From NCBI GenBank assembly GCA_963728565.1, contig CAVSLC010000005.1:64001-128000 (forward strand): a stretch of DNA of 64,000 nucleotides. Reading direction: 5' to 3'. The first letter of the stretch is position 1. Every line of letters begins with the position of its first letter. The translations under genes were made by a program, and so were the position numbers. Under the pieces are notes generated by a model that saw only the letters and a program-made list of their open reading frames with translations, had not been told where the DNA came from and did no database searches. Of this stretch, positions 41,101 to 51,316 are shown piece after piece. Origin of the DNA: an uncultured delta proteobacterium (GTDB lineage: Bacteria; Desulfobacterota; Binatia; UBA9968).

Positions 41101-44100
41101 CCCCGAGCAGTTGCCACGGATCCGAACGGCAATTTTGTTGTGGTCTGGTCGAGCAAAAATCAAGACGGTGACGGCTGGGGGATTTACGCGCAAAGATACA
41201 ACGCCGCCGGCGCGGCACAGGGTGGCGAATTCCGCATCAATACCACTGTCGTGAAAGATCAGCTGCATGCGTCGGTGGCCATGGACGATGCCGGCAACTT
41301 CGTCGTTGTTTGGGCGAGCAAGGACCAAGACGGCGACAATTGGGGAGTCTACGCCCAACGCTACGATTCGAGCGGTGTTGCACAGGGCGGCGAGTTTCAA
41401 GTCAACACAAACATCACCAAGGAGCAACTCGGGCCCAGCATCGCCATGTCCGCCGACGGCGACTTTGTGATCGTATGGTCGAGCAATGATCAGGACGGAG
41501 ACGACTGGGGCGTTTACGCCAAGCGCTATTATGCGGCCGGAATGGTGCAAGGCGGTGAGTTCCGCGTCAATACCACCACCACCAAAGATCAGACCGCCTC
41601 CGCGGTGGCCATGGATGCCGAAGGCAATTTCTCGTCACTTGGTCCAGCAAAGACCAGGACGGAGATAACTGGGGAGTTTACGCTAAGCGCTACAATGCCG
41701 CCGGACTGGCGCAGGGCGGTGAGTTCCGCGTCAACACGTATACCGGCAAAGAGCAAGAGTTTCCCTCGGTCGCAATGGACGCCGCCGGCAATTTCGTCGT
41801 CACCTGGTCGAGCAAAGATCAGGACGGCAACAACTGGGGCATTTATGCCAAGCGCTATGACGCCGGCGGCGTCGCCCAGGGAGCCGAGTTCCTGGTCAAT
41901 CAGACGACAGCAATGAGCAGCTGCACTCGTCGGTCTCGATGGACGCCGACGGCGATTTTGTCATCACCTGGTCGAGCAAGGATCAGGACGGCAATGGTTG
42001 GGGAGTCTACGCACGCCAATACACGGCAGACGGCACGGCCAAATCAGGTGAGGTGCTGATCAATACGACGACTGCGGGGGACCAGCATCTGTCTTCTGTC
42101 GCGATGGATGCCAGCGGCGACTTCGTGGTTGTCTGGACAGGCGCCGGGCCGGGCGACTCGCTGGGCGTGTTCGGACAGCGCTTCACTATCTCCAGCCCTT
42201 TGACGTTCGCCGCCGGCGATGGAACCCGCGACGCAACGATGACTTTTCGTGGAACGGCGGCGGAGGTGAATGCGGCGCTCGATGGCTTGGTCTTTACGCC
42301 GACTGCCGGTTTCAACGGCCTTGCTTCCATTACGGTCAGCACAAGCGACTTGGGGAACAGCGGCACCGGCGGTCCTCAGTCAAGCAGCGCCACCGTCAAC
42401 ATCGCTGTCGGAAATGGAAATCTCCCTCCTACCCTGAACCTCACAGGCGGTGCGGTCACTTATACCGAGAACGACCCGGCAACCGTGATCGATCCAGCTG
42501 CGACCGTGGGTGATCCCGACTCGGCAGACTTCGACGGTGGGCAGCTGAGTGTATTCCTGAGCGCGGGCGGCACGGACAACGACCGCCTCGGTATACGAAA
42601 CGAGGGCACGGGCGTGGGACAGATCGGCGTCTCAGGCAATATCGTCACCTATAACTTCGGCGCAGGCGCGGTGGCAATCGGCACGTTCGACGGCGGCATG
42701 GACGGTGTCACGCCTCTGGTGGTGACGTTCACCGCGAGTGCGACACCGGCAGCTGTCCAGGCGCTTGCGCGCAACATCACGTACCAGAACCTGTCCGACG
42801 ATCCGTCTACTTTGAATCGCATCGTGGAATTCACCCTGACGGACGGCGACGGCGGCACGAGCAGCGCGGCGAGTCGAAACATCAATGTAACCGCGATCAA
42901 TGACGCGCCTATGGCAACGAACCTCAGTGCCGGGGAGACTTACACAGAGGACACGGCGCTCGATCTGACCGATATCGTGGTGAGCGACGTGGACAGCGCC
43001 AATGTGACGGTGACTTTGACGCTGTCGGACTCGGCCGCCGGCAGTCTCAATACCGCCACCTCGGGAGCCGTGACCTCGACCTACAATGCCGCAACCGGCC
43101 TCTGGACAGCGAGCGGCGCGGTGGCGGACGTGAACACGCTGCTGGCAGGGCTGACGTTTAGTCCGGCGCGGACTACAACAGCGACTTCACCATTGCCACC
43201 AGCGTCGATGACGGCGTGGCGCCGGCCGTCACCGGAGTCAAAGCCATGACTGCCGTCGCCGTCAACGACGCGCCTATGGCAACGAACCTCAGTGCCGGGG
43301 AGACTTACACAGAGGACACGGCGCTCGAATCTGACCGACATTGTGGTGAGCGACGTGGACAGCGCCAATGTGACGGTGACTTTGACGCTGTCGGACTCGT
43401 CCGCCGGGAGTCTCAATACCGCCACCTCGGGAGCCGTGACCTCGACCTATAATGCCGCAACCGGCCTCTGGACAGCGAGCGGCGCGGTGGCAGATGTGAA
43501 CACGCTGCTGGCAGGGCTGACGTTTAGTCCGGCAGCGGATTACAACAGCGACTTCACGATTGCCACCAGCGTCGATGACGGCGTGGCGCCGGCCGTCACC
43601 GGAGTTAAAACCATGACCGCCATCGCCGTCAACGATGCACCGGTTCTGGTCAATAATACGCTGACCATCAACGAGGGCGGTAGCGTGACGCTTTCCGGCA
43701 CTGAGATGTCGGCGACGGATGTGGACAATGCGAGTGGGACTCTGACGTTTTCGGTATCCAACGTCACCGGCGGTCAATTTGAGCTTGTTGCCAGCCCGGG
43801 AGCAGCAATTACCACCTTCACGCAGGCCCAAGTAACGGCTGGCGCAGTTCGTTTCATCCACGACGGCGGAGAGGCTGCGCCGAGCTACAATCTGACCGTG
43901 TCTGACGGCTCTCTCACCGATGGTCCCGCCGCTGCCAGCATCACTTTCGCCAATATCAACGACGCGCCTATGGCAACGAACCTCAGTGCCGGGGAGACTT
44001 ACACAGAGGACACGGCGCTCGATCTGACCGATATCGTGGTGAGCGACGTGGACAGCGCCAATGTGACGGTGACTTTGACGCTGTCGGATCCAGCCGCCGG

Positions 44101-46113
44101 CAGTCTCAATACCGCCACCTCGGGAGCCGTGACCTCGACCTACAATGCCGCAACCGGCCTCTGGACAGCGAGCGGCGCGGTGGCGGATGTGAACACGCTG
44201 CTGGCAGGGCTGACGTTTACGTCCGGCAGCGGACTACAACAGCGACTTCACGATTGCCACCAGCGTCGATGACGGCGTGGCGCCGGCCGTCACCGGAGTC
44301 AAAGCCATGACTGCCGTCGCCGTCAACGACGCACCTATGGCAACGAACCTCAGTGCCGGGGAGACTTACACAGAGGATACAGCGCTGGATCTGACCGACA
44401 TTGTGGTGAGCGATGTGGACAGCGCCAATGTGACGGTGACTTTGACGCTGTCGGACTCGTCCGCCGGGCAGTCTCAATACCGCCACCTCGGGGGCCGTGA
44501 CCTCGACCTACAATGCCGCAACCGGCCTCTGGACAGCGAGCGGCGCGGTGGCAGATGTGAACACGCTGCTGGCAGGGCTGACGTTTAGTCCGGCAGCGGA
44601 TTACAACAGCGACTTCACCATTGCCACCAGCGTCGATGACGGCGTGGCGCCGGCCGTCACCGGAGTTAAAACCATGACCGCCATCGCCGTCAACGATGCA
44701 CCGGTTCTGGTCAATAATACGCTGACCATCAACGAGGGCGGTAGCGTGACGCTTTCCGGCACTGAGATGTCGGCGACGGATGTGGACAATGCGAGTGGGA
44801 CTCTGACGTTTTCGGTATCCAACGTCACCGGCGGTCAATTTGAGCTTGTTGCCAGCCCGGGAGCAGCAATTACCACCTTCACGCAGGCCCAAGTAACGGC
44901 TGGCGCAGTTCGTTTCATCCACGACGGCGGAGAGGCTGCGCCGAGCTACAATCTGACCGTGTCTGACGGCTCTCTCACCGATGGTCCCGCCGCTGCCAGC
45001 ATCACTTTCGCCAATATCAACGACGCACCTATTCTAATCAACAATCACTTGGTCATCCGGCAAGGCTCGTCGGCCGTGCTCAGCAGCGCAAATCTTTCCG
45101 CTTCGGATGTAGATAACCCTCCTGCCGGTTTGACCTTCGACGTGTCCAATATAAACGGCGGCCGTTTCGAACGAACTTCAGGCCCGGGTGTTGCCATTAC
45201 GAGCTTTAGCCAGGCAGAGGTAACCGGCGGCGGCATTCGCTTCGTACATACCGGCGGTAACACAGCGCCGAGCTACGATGTGACTGTGTCTGATGGCAGT
45301 CTTTCCGTCGGCCCGCTTCCAGCGGCAGTGGCTTTTGAGCCTCTGGATGACAGCGGCGAGGATCTCACGCCTACACAGACCACGCCGCTGGCACCGATAG
45401 CTCCGACGCTGCCCATACCGGAGATAACTCCACCGCTCGTGTTGCCTCCGAATTCCACCGGTGGCCCTGTCGGAAAGACTGACGTTGACACCAATCCTTC
45501 GAACGCGTCGCTCGGGGTGGATACGTTGGCTGAGGTGCAGCCCTATCAGAGTCCCGATAGCACGCAAGAAGCGAGTACGACAAGCAGGCCGCTGCCGGCC
45601 CGGACCACCGAAAAGGGGGCTGAGATTCGGGACGGCCTCTCTCTGAAAACAGATTCGTCTGTGACAGCGACCGATGTGACTGTCGATGAAACTGAGACAG
45701 ACACGGTTCAGCGCGGCGAACTGGGTTCAATCGTCGATGGGCAAAGTTTTGTGCAAGAGTTGAATAGGCTGCGAGAGGAACTTGCCGAGGAAATCGATTC
45801 GGAGAGACTTGTTGTCGGCTCCTCGGTTACCGTCGCGACGGGCTTCTCGATCGGTTATGTGCTCTGGCTGCTGCGCGGCGAAGTGTTGCTGACCAGCCTG
45901 TTGGCGTCCTTGCCCGCCTGGCGCCTCATCGATCCGCTGCCGGTGCTCTCGTTTGTAAGCAAGCGTTCCGAGGACGATGACGACGATGACTCCATTGAAG
46001 CCGCGGTCCAGAAAGGTGCAGCTATTGCTCCGGCCGAAGCCGACTCTGCGCGCGTGCCACAGCAAGGAACCCGATCGATCCGCTGGCGCATGGTGGCGGA
46101 GCCGGCTGAATAG
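38114..46113 (+). CDS. giant repeat surface protein/adhesin (~2,660 aa; about 7 apparent single-base frameshifts)
   Basis: Continuous repeat architecture across ORFs 38114-41254, 41140-41916, 41775-42059, 41939-43249, 43292-44272, 44277-44588, 44497-46113; LEPRxLL-like motif ([13 protein letters not shown]), DUF4347-like domain, NDAP-linked Ig/cadherin-like repeats, hydrophobic C-terminal motif. Start codon uncertain. Confidence 0.85.
38990..40813 (+). repeat. five tandem ~366 bp (122 aa) Ig/cadherin-like coding repeats
   Basis: Unit NLS..ETYTED..L.L.DIVV.D.D...[19 protein letters not shown]....TG.WSASGA..DVN.LLAGLTF.P; NDAP-type junctions at ~39716, 40082, 40448, 40814. Four more copies start at ~42900, 43262, 43958, 44323. 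Confidence 0.9.
41014..42190 (+). repeat. seven tandem ~165 bp (55 aa) coding repeats, predicted beta-propeller blades
   Basis: Unit EF.(I/V)NT....(D/E)Q...SVAMD..G(N/D)[12 protein letters not shown](I/V)YA.RY...G..QGG starting at ~41014, 41227, 41392, 41557, 41721, 41886, 42050. Confidence 0.85.
42902..45027 (+). repeat. near-identical ~1,060 bp tandem duplication inside adhesin gene
   Basis: 42902 onward matches 43961 onward, and 43921 matches 44982, with only scattered differences. Confidence 0.9.
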
Positions 46114-46121
46114 AAAGCGGA

Positions 46122-48668
46122 GTGCAGTTCGTGAAACGTCTGAGCGCAAAATGCCACATTGCTTTGGGGCTGACGTTTTTGCTGGTCAGCCTAGTGCTCG
46201 CTTGTTTCTATCTGGGGCTCATACCCGATCGCCTCGGCGCGATCCGCGCCGGTCGAGCGGCTCTCGCTGAGTCGATTGCTGCCAATAGCTCGGTGTTCAT
46301 CAGCCAATCGGATCTACGGCGGTTAGAGATGACGCTTCGATTTGTCGTCGCACGCAATCCCGAGATTCTCTCGGCTGCGATGCGGCGCGCCGACGGCGAA
46401 ATCGTTGTGAATATCGGCGACCACGGTCGCCACTGGCGTAATTTGCACGATGAACATTCGACTGACTCGCAGCTGCGAGTGCCGATAATGGCCAGTAAGC
46501 AGAAGTGGGGAAGCCTGGAACTTCGTTTGCAGCCTCTGACCCCGACCGCTTGGTACGGCTTCGTTTTCGACCCGAGATTCAAGTTGCCCCTATTTCTCGC
46601 GCTTTGCGCTTTTCCCCTATTTTACTTTTACCTGGGCAAAATGCTCCGCGAACTCAACCCGTCGCAGGCAATTCCAGCCCGGGTGCGCTCCGCGCTCGAT
46701 ACGATGGTGGAAGGTCTCCTGGTGATCGACGCCAACGGCCGTATCGTATTGGCGAACCAGGCTTTCGCTTCCATAGTCGGCAAGATACCCGATGAACTCA
46801 TCGGCCTGAGCGCGTCCGAGTTCTCATGGTCAAACAGCGACGGCACGGCGCTCGAGCAGGATTCAGCACCGTGGCTCAAAGCGCTTCGTGATCAGTGCCT
46901 GCAAAAGAATTTGATGGTCGCGCTCAGCGACTATCAGCAGAAGCGCCGCGCGTTCATCGTGAACTGCTCGCCGATCTTTGTCGGCAAAGGGCGGACCGGC
47001 GGTGTCTTAATCAGCTTGGACGATGTTACGGAACTGGAAGAGAAAGAGATCGAACTCCGCCAGTCCAAGGAAGCCGCCGAGATTGCCAACCGCGCGAAAA
47101 GCGAATTCCTCGCGAATATGAGCCATGAGATCAGGACGCCGATGAATGCCATTCTCGGCTTTACCGAGGTGCTCAGGCGCGGCTACGGCCAAAACGAGCA
47201 AACCTGGCAGAAGCACCTGCACACGATTCACTCCAGCGGCAAACATTTGCTCGAGTTGATCAATGACATCCTGGATCTGTCCAAAATTGAAGCAGGCGGC
47301 TTGCGGGTCGAGAAGATCCCGTGCAAACCGCACGAGGTCGTCCGAGACGTGGTTCAGGTCTTGTCGGTCAAAGCGCGGGAAAAATCCGTTTCGTTGGATA
47401 TCGAGTTCGCCAGTGCCGTACCGGAAACAATTCTGAGCGATCCTTCGCGCCTGCGTCAGATTCTCACGAATCTGGCCGGCAACTCCATCAAGTTTACCGA
47501 AGAGGGTGGGGTCAAGATTGTGCTTGGTCTGTCGCGGAGCGATAGTGACGCGCAACTGACTCTGGCGGTGATCGACACTGGAATCGGCATAGCCGAAGAC
47601 AAGCAGCAAGCGATCTTCGATCCTTTCGTCCAGGCGGACACGTCGGTTACCCGGAAATTCGGCGGCACCGGACTCGGACTCGCGATCAGTCGCCGGTTCG
47701 CGCAGGCTCTCGGCGGTGACATAACGCTGCGCAGCGAACCCGGCAAGGGGAGCGTCTTTACTGTCAGGATCGACACAGGACCGCTTGATGGCGTTCGAAT
47801 GCTCCAGCCCGCCGAAGCGTTGGCGGCGAGCGAACAGATTTCTACCGAGACTCGCCCTCGCTGGGATTTTCCTCCCGCCCGAGTGCTCGTGGTCGACGAT
47901 GGCGATGAAAACCGGGAGCTGGTCACGGTGGTTCTGCAGGAGATCGGGCTCAAAGTCGAGGGCGCTGAAAACGGCCAAGTGGCGGTTGCAAAGGCCCTCC
48001 AGGAGGAATTTGCGGTCATCTTTATGGACGTGCAGATGCCGGTGATGGATGGTTTGACGGCCACCCGTCAACTGCGCCTACGTGGGCTCAAGACCCCAAT
48101 TATCGCGTTGACCGCGCACGCGATGAAGGGCTTCGAAGAAGAGATTCTGGCCGTGGGATTTTCCGGCTATCTCACGAAGCCGATCGATATAGATGCCTTG
48201 ATCCACAAACTGGCCGAGTTGCTGCGAGCGCGCAGCATCGAAGCCACGCCTCCCGAGACTCAAGTAGCCGCAGGTCCAATTTCTGCGGCAATCGGCTCGG
48301 CCCGGCAAGCGGACGAGCCGCCGCTGGTCTCGCGTCTGGCAGCAAATAATCCGCGTTTCGTTCCAATCATCGAAAAATTTGCGCGACGTCTTACCGATCA
48401 GCTCGATGCCATGGCGAAGGCTTGGGAGGAAAAAAACTATGACGAGCTGGCGAGCCTCGGGCACTGGCTCAAAGGAGCCGGCGGCACCGTCGGATTCGAT
48501 GCTTTCACCGAGCCTGCCTACGTTCTTGAGCAATCGGCGAAGGGGCGCAAAGAGGAAGAGACCGAGGCGGCACTCGCGGAACTTCGCCGACTCGCCGGTC
48601 GCGTCAGGGTTGGCAGCGAAGCCCTGTCGCCCTCGATTGCTGTCGTTGCCGGCTCGGCCAACGGCTAA
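46122..48668 (+). CDS. membrane hybrid sensor kinase (2 TM, PAS, HisKA, HATPase, REC, Hpt)
   Basis: [19 protein letters not shown] (PAS); [14 protein letters not shown]; NSIKFT, DTGIGI, GGTGLGL; [10 protein letters not shown]; Hpt [13 protein letters not shown]. Confidence 0.93.
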   Translation: MQFVKRLSAKCHIALGLTFLLVSLVLACFYLGLIPDRLGAIRAGRAALAESIAANSSVFISQSDLRRLEMTLRFVVARNPEILSAAMRRADGEIVVNIGDHGRHWRNLHDEHSTDSQLRVPIMASKQKWGSLELRLQPLTPTAWYGFVFDPRFKLPLFLALCAFPLFYFYLGKMLRELNPSQAIPARVRSALDTMVEGLLVIDANGRIVLANQAFASIVGKIPDELIGLSASEFSWSNSDGTALEQDSAPWLKALRDQCLQKNLMVALSDYQQKRRAFIVNCSPIFVGKGRTGGVLISLDDVTELEEKEIELRQSKEAAEIANRAKSEFLANMSHEIRTPMNAILGFTEVLRRGYGQNEQTWQKHLHTIHSSGKHLLELINDILDLSKIEAGGLRVEKIPCKPHEVVRDVVQVLSVKAREKSVSLDIEFASAVPETILSDPSRLRQILTNLAGNSIKFTEEGGVKIVLGLSRSDSDAQLTLAVIDTGIGIAEDKQQAIFDPFVQADTSVTRKFGGTGLGLAISRRFAQALGGDITLRSEPGKGSVFTVRIDTGPLDGVRMLQPAEALAASEQISTETRPRWDFPPARVLVVDDGDENRELVTVVLQEIGLKVEGAENGQVAVAKALQEEFAVIFMDVQMPVMDGLTATRQLRLRGLKTPIIALTAHAMKGFEEEILAVGFSGYLTKPIDIDALIHKLAELLRARSIEATPPETQVAAGPISAAIGSARQADEPPLVSRLAANNPRFVPIIEKFARRLTDQLDAMAKAWEEKNYDELASLGHWLKGAGGTVGFDAFTEPAYVLEQSAKGRKEEETEAALAELRRLAGRVRVGSEALSPSIAVVAGSANG

Positions 48669-48688
48669 CAACTGCAAGGAGCAGCTTT

Positions 48689-50542
48689 ATGAATGCCCAA
48701 CAAATTCAAATTGATTTTGCCGTAGGCGAACAGGAGGCATTGACCCGTACCGACACACTGGGGAACGCGGTGTCAAATAGCTCAGACGTCGACTACGGCG
48801 ATCTTTATGAGCCATTGCGCGACGCCACCGTGATGATGGTCGATGATGAGCCGACGACAATCGACGTCTTGCAGGCATTTCTTGAGAACGAGGGATACAC
48901 GCGATTCGTTACGATCAGCGACTCTAGTCGTGCGATGGATCTCGTTGCGAGCGAAAACCCCGACGTCCTGCTCCTCGATTTGCACATGCCGCAAGTGACC
49001 GGATTCGACATTCTGACGCTGCTCCGCCGCGATGCCCGCTTTCGGCACATGCCGGTGATTGTTCTGACGTCCGCCTCCGACCCCGCCACCAAGTTGAAGG
49101 CACTGAAGTTAGGCGCCAGTGATTTTCTGGCCAAGCCTGTGGATCCAAGTGAGTTGGCGCTTCGGTTGCGCAACACCCTTGCCGCTAAGGCCTATCAAGA
49201 TCGGCTTACATTCTATGATTCACTTACCGGTTTGCCTAATCGGCGCCTGTTCTGGGATCGACTCCTCTGGTCGCTGCGATGCGCCATTCGTGAAGGAACG
49301 ATGGGTGCGGTGCTGCACATCGACCTGGATCATTTCAAAAAGATCAATGACAGCTTGGGGCATGAGATCGGCGATGGCTTACTTGTAGAAGTTGCCCGAC
49401 GGCTGCAGTCGTGCATACCGGAGTTAAACGTCACTAGTGATAAGGGCGCCGCAGATTTGCAGCCGTTCCTTTCCCGTGTTGGCGGTGACGAATTCAACCT
49501 GTTGCTGCCCGAGATGAGGCGGGTGGAGGAAGTTGTCCGCACTGCCGGCGCGCTCCTCGCAGCCATGAAAGAACCTTTTTTCATCGATCAGCACGAAGTG
49601 TTCATCACTGGGACGATCGGGGTAGCCGTTTTCCCGAATGATGGAGAGTCCGGCGACGCACTCCTCCAGCACGCAGGCGTGGCGCTGAACCAGGCGAAGC
49701 AGCGGGGACGAAACACCTATGAGTTCTATTCGCCGAAAATGAACGCGCGGGCGCTCGAGCGCCTGAAACTTGAAAATGACCTGCGCCGTGCGTTGGACCG
49801 TGACGAATTGCTGCCGTTTTATCAACCGAAGGTGAATTTGCAAACCGGAAGAGTCGTCGGAGCGGAAGTGCTGCTGCGCTGGAACCACCCCTTCCGAGGA
49901 TTCATATCTCCTGCGGAATTCATCCCGTTAGCGGAGGAGAACGGCATGATTATCGACTTCGGCGCCTGGATACTCAATGCCGCGTGTATGCAAAACAAGG
50001 CATGGCAAACTGCGGGTTTGGAAAATATTCGCGTCGCAGTTAACGTCTCTCCACAGCAATTCCGCGACAGTAGCTTCTTGGCAAGACTGCGCGCGACGCT
50101 GGAGTCAAGCAAGCTTGCTCCGGAATTTCTCACTCTTGAACTCACCGAAAATACTATAATGGGAAATGCCCAACGCAACTTGGACCTTCTGAATGAGATT
50201 CGCGCGATGGGCGTCAAGCTCTCGGTCGATGACTTCGGAACGGGATACTCTTCGCTCAGTTACCTGAAAAGGCTGCCTCTTGATGAGCTCAAAATCGACC
50301 GTTCATTTATCATCGATATCCGGTCAGACAAAGATGATGCGCCGATTGTCACAGCGATCATCGCCATGGCACACAGCTTGAATTTACGTGTCGTGATGGA
50401 GGGAATCGAAACTGAACATCAGCTGGTGTTCTCGCGCGATCGCGGCTGTGATGAATATCAAGGATTTTTTTTCAGTAAGCCTGTACCTAGCCAAGAATTT
50501 GAGACTCTTCTTGAGAGATCGCTGACCCATGCCTCACAATAG
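48689..50542 (+). CDS. REC-GGDEF-EAL response regulator (diguanylate cyclase/phosphodiesterase)
   Basis: VMMVDDE..LLDLHMP..KP; DLDHFKKINDSLGH..RVGGDEF; EVLLRW, VNVS, ELTE, DDFGTGYSS, KIDRSF, EGIE, QG. Confidence 0.94.
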   Translation: MNAQQIQIDFAVGEQEALTRTDTLGNAVSNSSDVDYGDLYEPLRDATVMMVDDEPTTIDVLQAFLENEGYTRFVTISDSSRAMDLVASENPDVLLLDLHMPQVTGFDILTLLRRDARFRHMPVIVLTSASDPATKLKALKLGASDFLAKPVDPSELALRLRNTLAAKAYQDRLTFYDSLTGLPNRRLFWDRLLWSLRCAIREGTMGAVLHIDLDHFKKINDSLGHEIGDGLLVEVARRLQSCIPELNVTSDKGAADLQPFLSRVGGDEFNLLLPEMRRVEEVVRTAGALLAAMKEPFFIDQHEVFITGTIGVAVFPNDGESGDALLQHAGVALNQAKQRGRNTYEFYSPKMNARALERLKLENDLRRALDRDELLPFYQPKVNLQTGRVVGAEVLLRWNHPFRGFISPAEFIPLAEENGMIIDFGAWILNAACMQNKAWQTAGLENIRVAVNVSPQQFRDSSFLARLRATLESSKLAPEFLTLELTENTIMGNAQRNLDLLNEIRAMGVKLSVDDFGTGYSSLSYLKRLPLDELKIDRSFIIDIRSDKDDAPIVTAIIAMAHSLNLRVVMEGIETEHQLVFSRDRGCDEYQGFFFSKPVPSQEFETLLERSLTHASQ

Positions 50543-50649
50543 TCAAGCTAATTGATTTTCTGCTCTACGGAGACTTCGTAGCGGACAGCCGCATTTGCAA
50601 TAACCTCCTACATCTTCTGTCGTCAAGCATGCTAGATCCAACGACCGAA

Positions 50650-50889
50650 CCCGTATTCCGCAGTCGAGCCAAAAATGCCGGAAGCGAGGTGGAATCCTGG
50701 AGCAGCGAAGGCGTCCGGCTGTGAAGTTTCAAAGCTATTTTGCGGCTCCCGCCCGACGTTGCTATGAGGCTTCCACATTCCCTCGAAGCACCGCTGAGTG
50801 ATCGCTGCTCAGAGGCACAAACCCATCGACTTCGCTACGGAAGGGTTCTGCCTCGCGCTTCCTGTCCAATCGCAACTGCGTTATCCGGG
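50650..50889. mobile_element. MITE copy 2 (240 bp), inverted relative to copy 1
   Basis: Ends CCCGTATTCCGCAGTCG / CAACTGCGTTATCCGGG; flanks CCGAA and CTGAA (4/5); interior is a diverged reverse complement of 29165-29397. Confidence 0.85.
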
Positions 50890-51237
50890 CTGAACAGAAT
50901 AATTCACCGATACTGCTGCCGGGAGTTAGGGTTAAAGATGTGCATTGGTATCGTGGGGAAATGGATTATTGGAGTGGTCGAAACTACCTTTTAGGTTGAG
51001 TCAAAGCCCCCGAGCTAATTCCTGCCCCAACTAAGTGGAATTTGGTGCGCAAGGGATCGTTGAGCATCTCTCTAAATAGGATCAGATGAAAGTCCGAAGA
51101 GCAACTATAGCGAAATAACGATATTAGCTTCGGGGCAACAAGCGCTTTTCTTGCCTGCAGTATGTAAGTAGTTCAGGTAAATATAGCCACGCCGTTCCCC
51201 CCGCCAATCGAGATATATACTGACTGAAGGTCAGGGC

Positions 51238-51281
51238 AAAAGCAGCGCAGCCTCTGCTCCTAGGAGCAGAGGCTGCGCTGC
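51238..51281 (-). terminator. intrinsic terminator after sigma factor gene (perfect 40 bp palindrome)
   Basis: GCAGCGCAGCCTCTGCTCCTAGGAGCAGAGGCTGCGCTGC (51242-51281) is its own reverse complement; followed by TTTT on the minus strand, 35 bp past the stop. Confidence 0.7.
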
Positions 51282-51316
51282 ATGTCACGCTAGCTCTGAT
51301 ACAGATGCTGCGAGCG

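Noticed and set aside
41100-44470. Programmed frameshifting or phase variation in the adhesin gene
   Set aside because: Breaks are not at long homopolymers or slippery heptamers, and similar indels hit essential genes; sequencing error is more parsimonious.
38990-45345. Regular repeats considered as CRISPR or diversity-generating retroelement template/variable repeats
   Set aside because: They are in-frame protein-coding domains of 165-1,060 bp with no spacers, cas genes or reverse transcriptase in the window.
47007-48071. 354 aa antisense ORF opposite the hybrid kinase
   Set aside because: Shadow ORF lying entirely within a clear coding gene on the other strand.
50740-50994. 84 aa ORF similar to ORF 29122-29307
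   Set aside because: Similarity arises only because both read through the MITE copies.
51043-51050. TGGTGCGC matching the tRNA-Arg 3' end as a possible att site
   Set aside because: Only 8 bp; expected by chance in about 32 kb, and the match does not extend.
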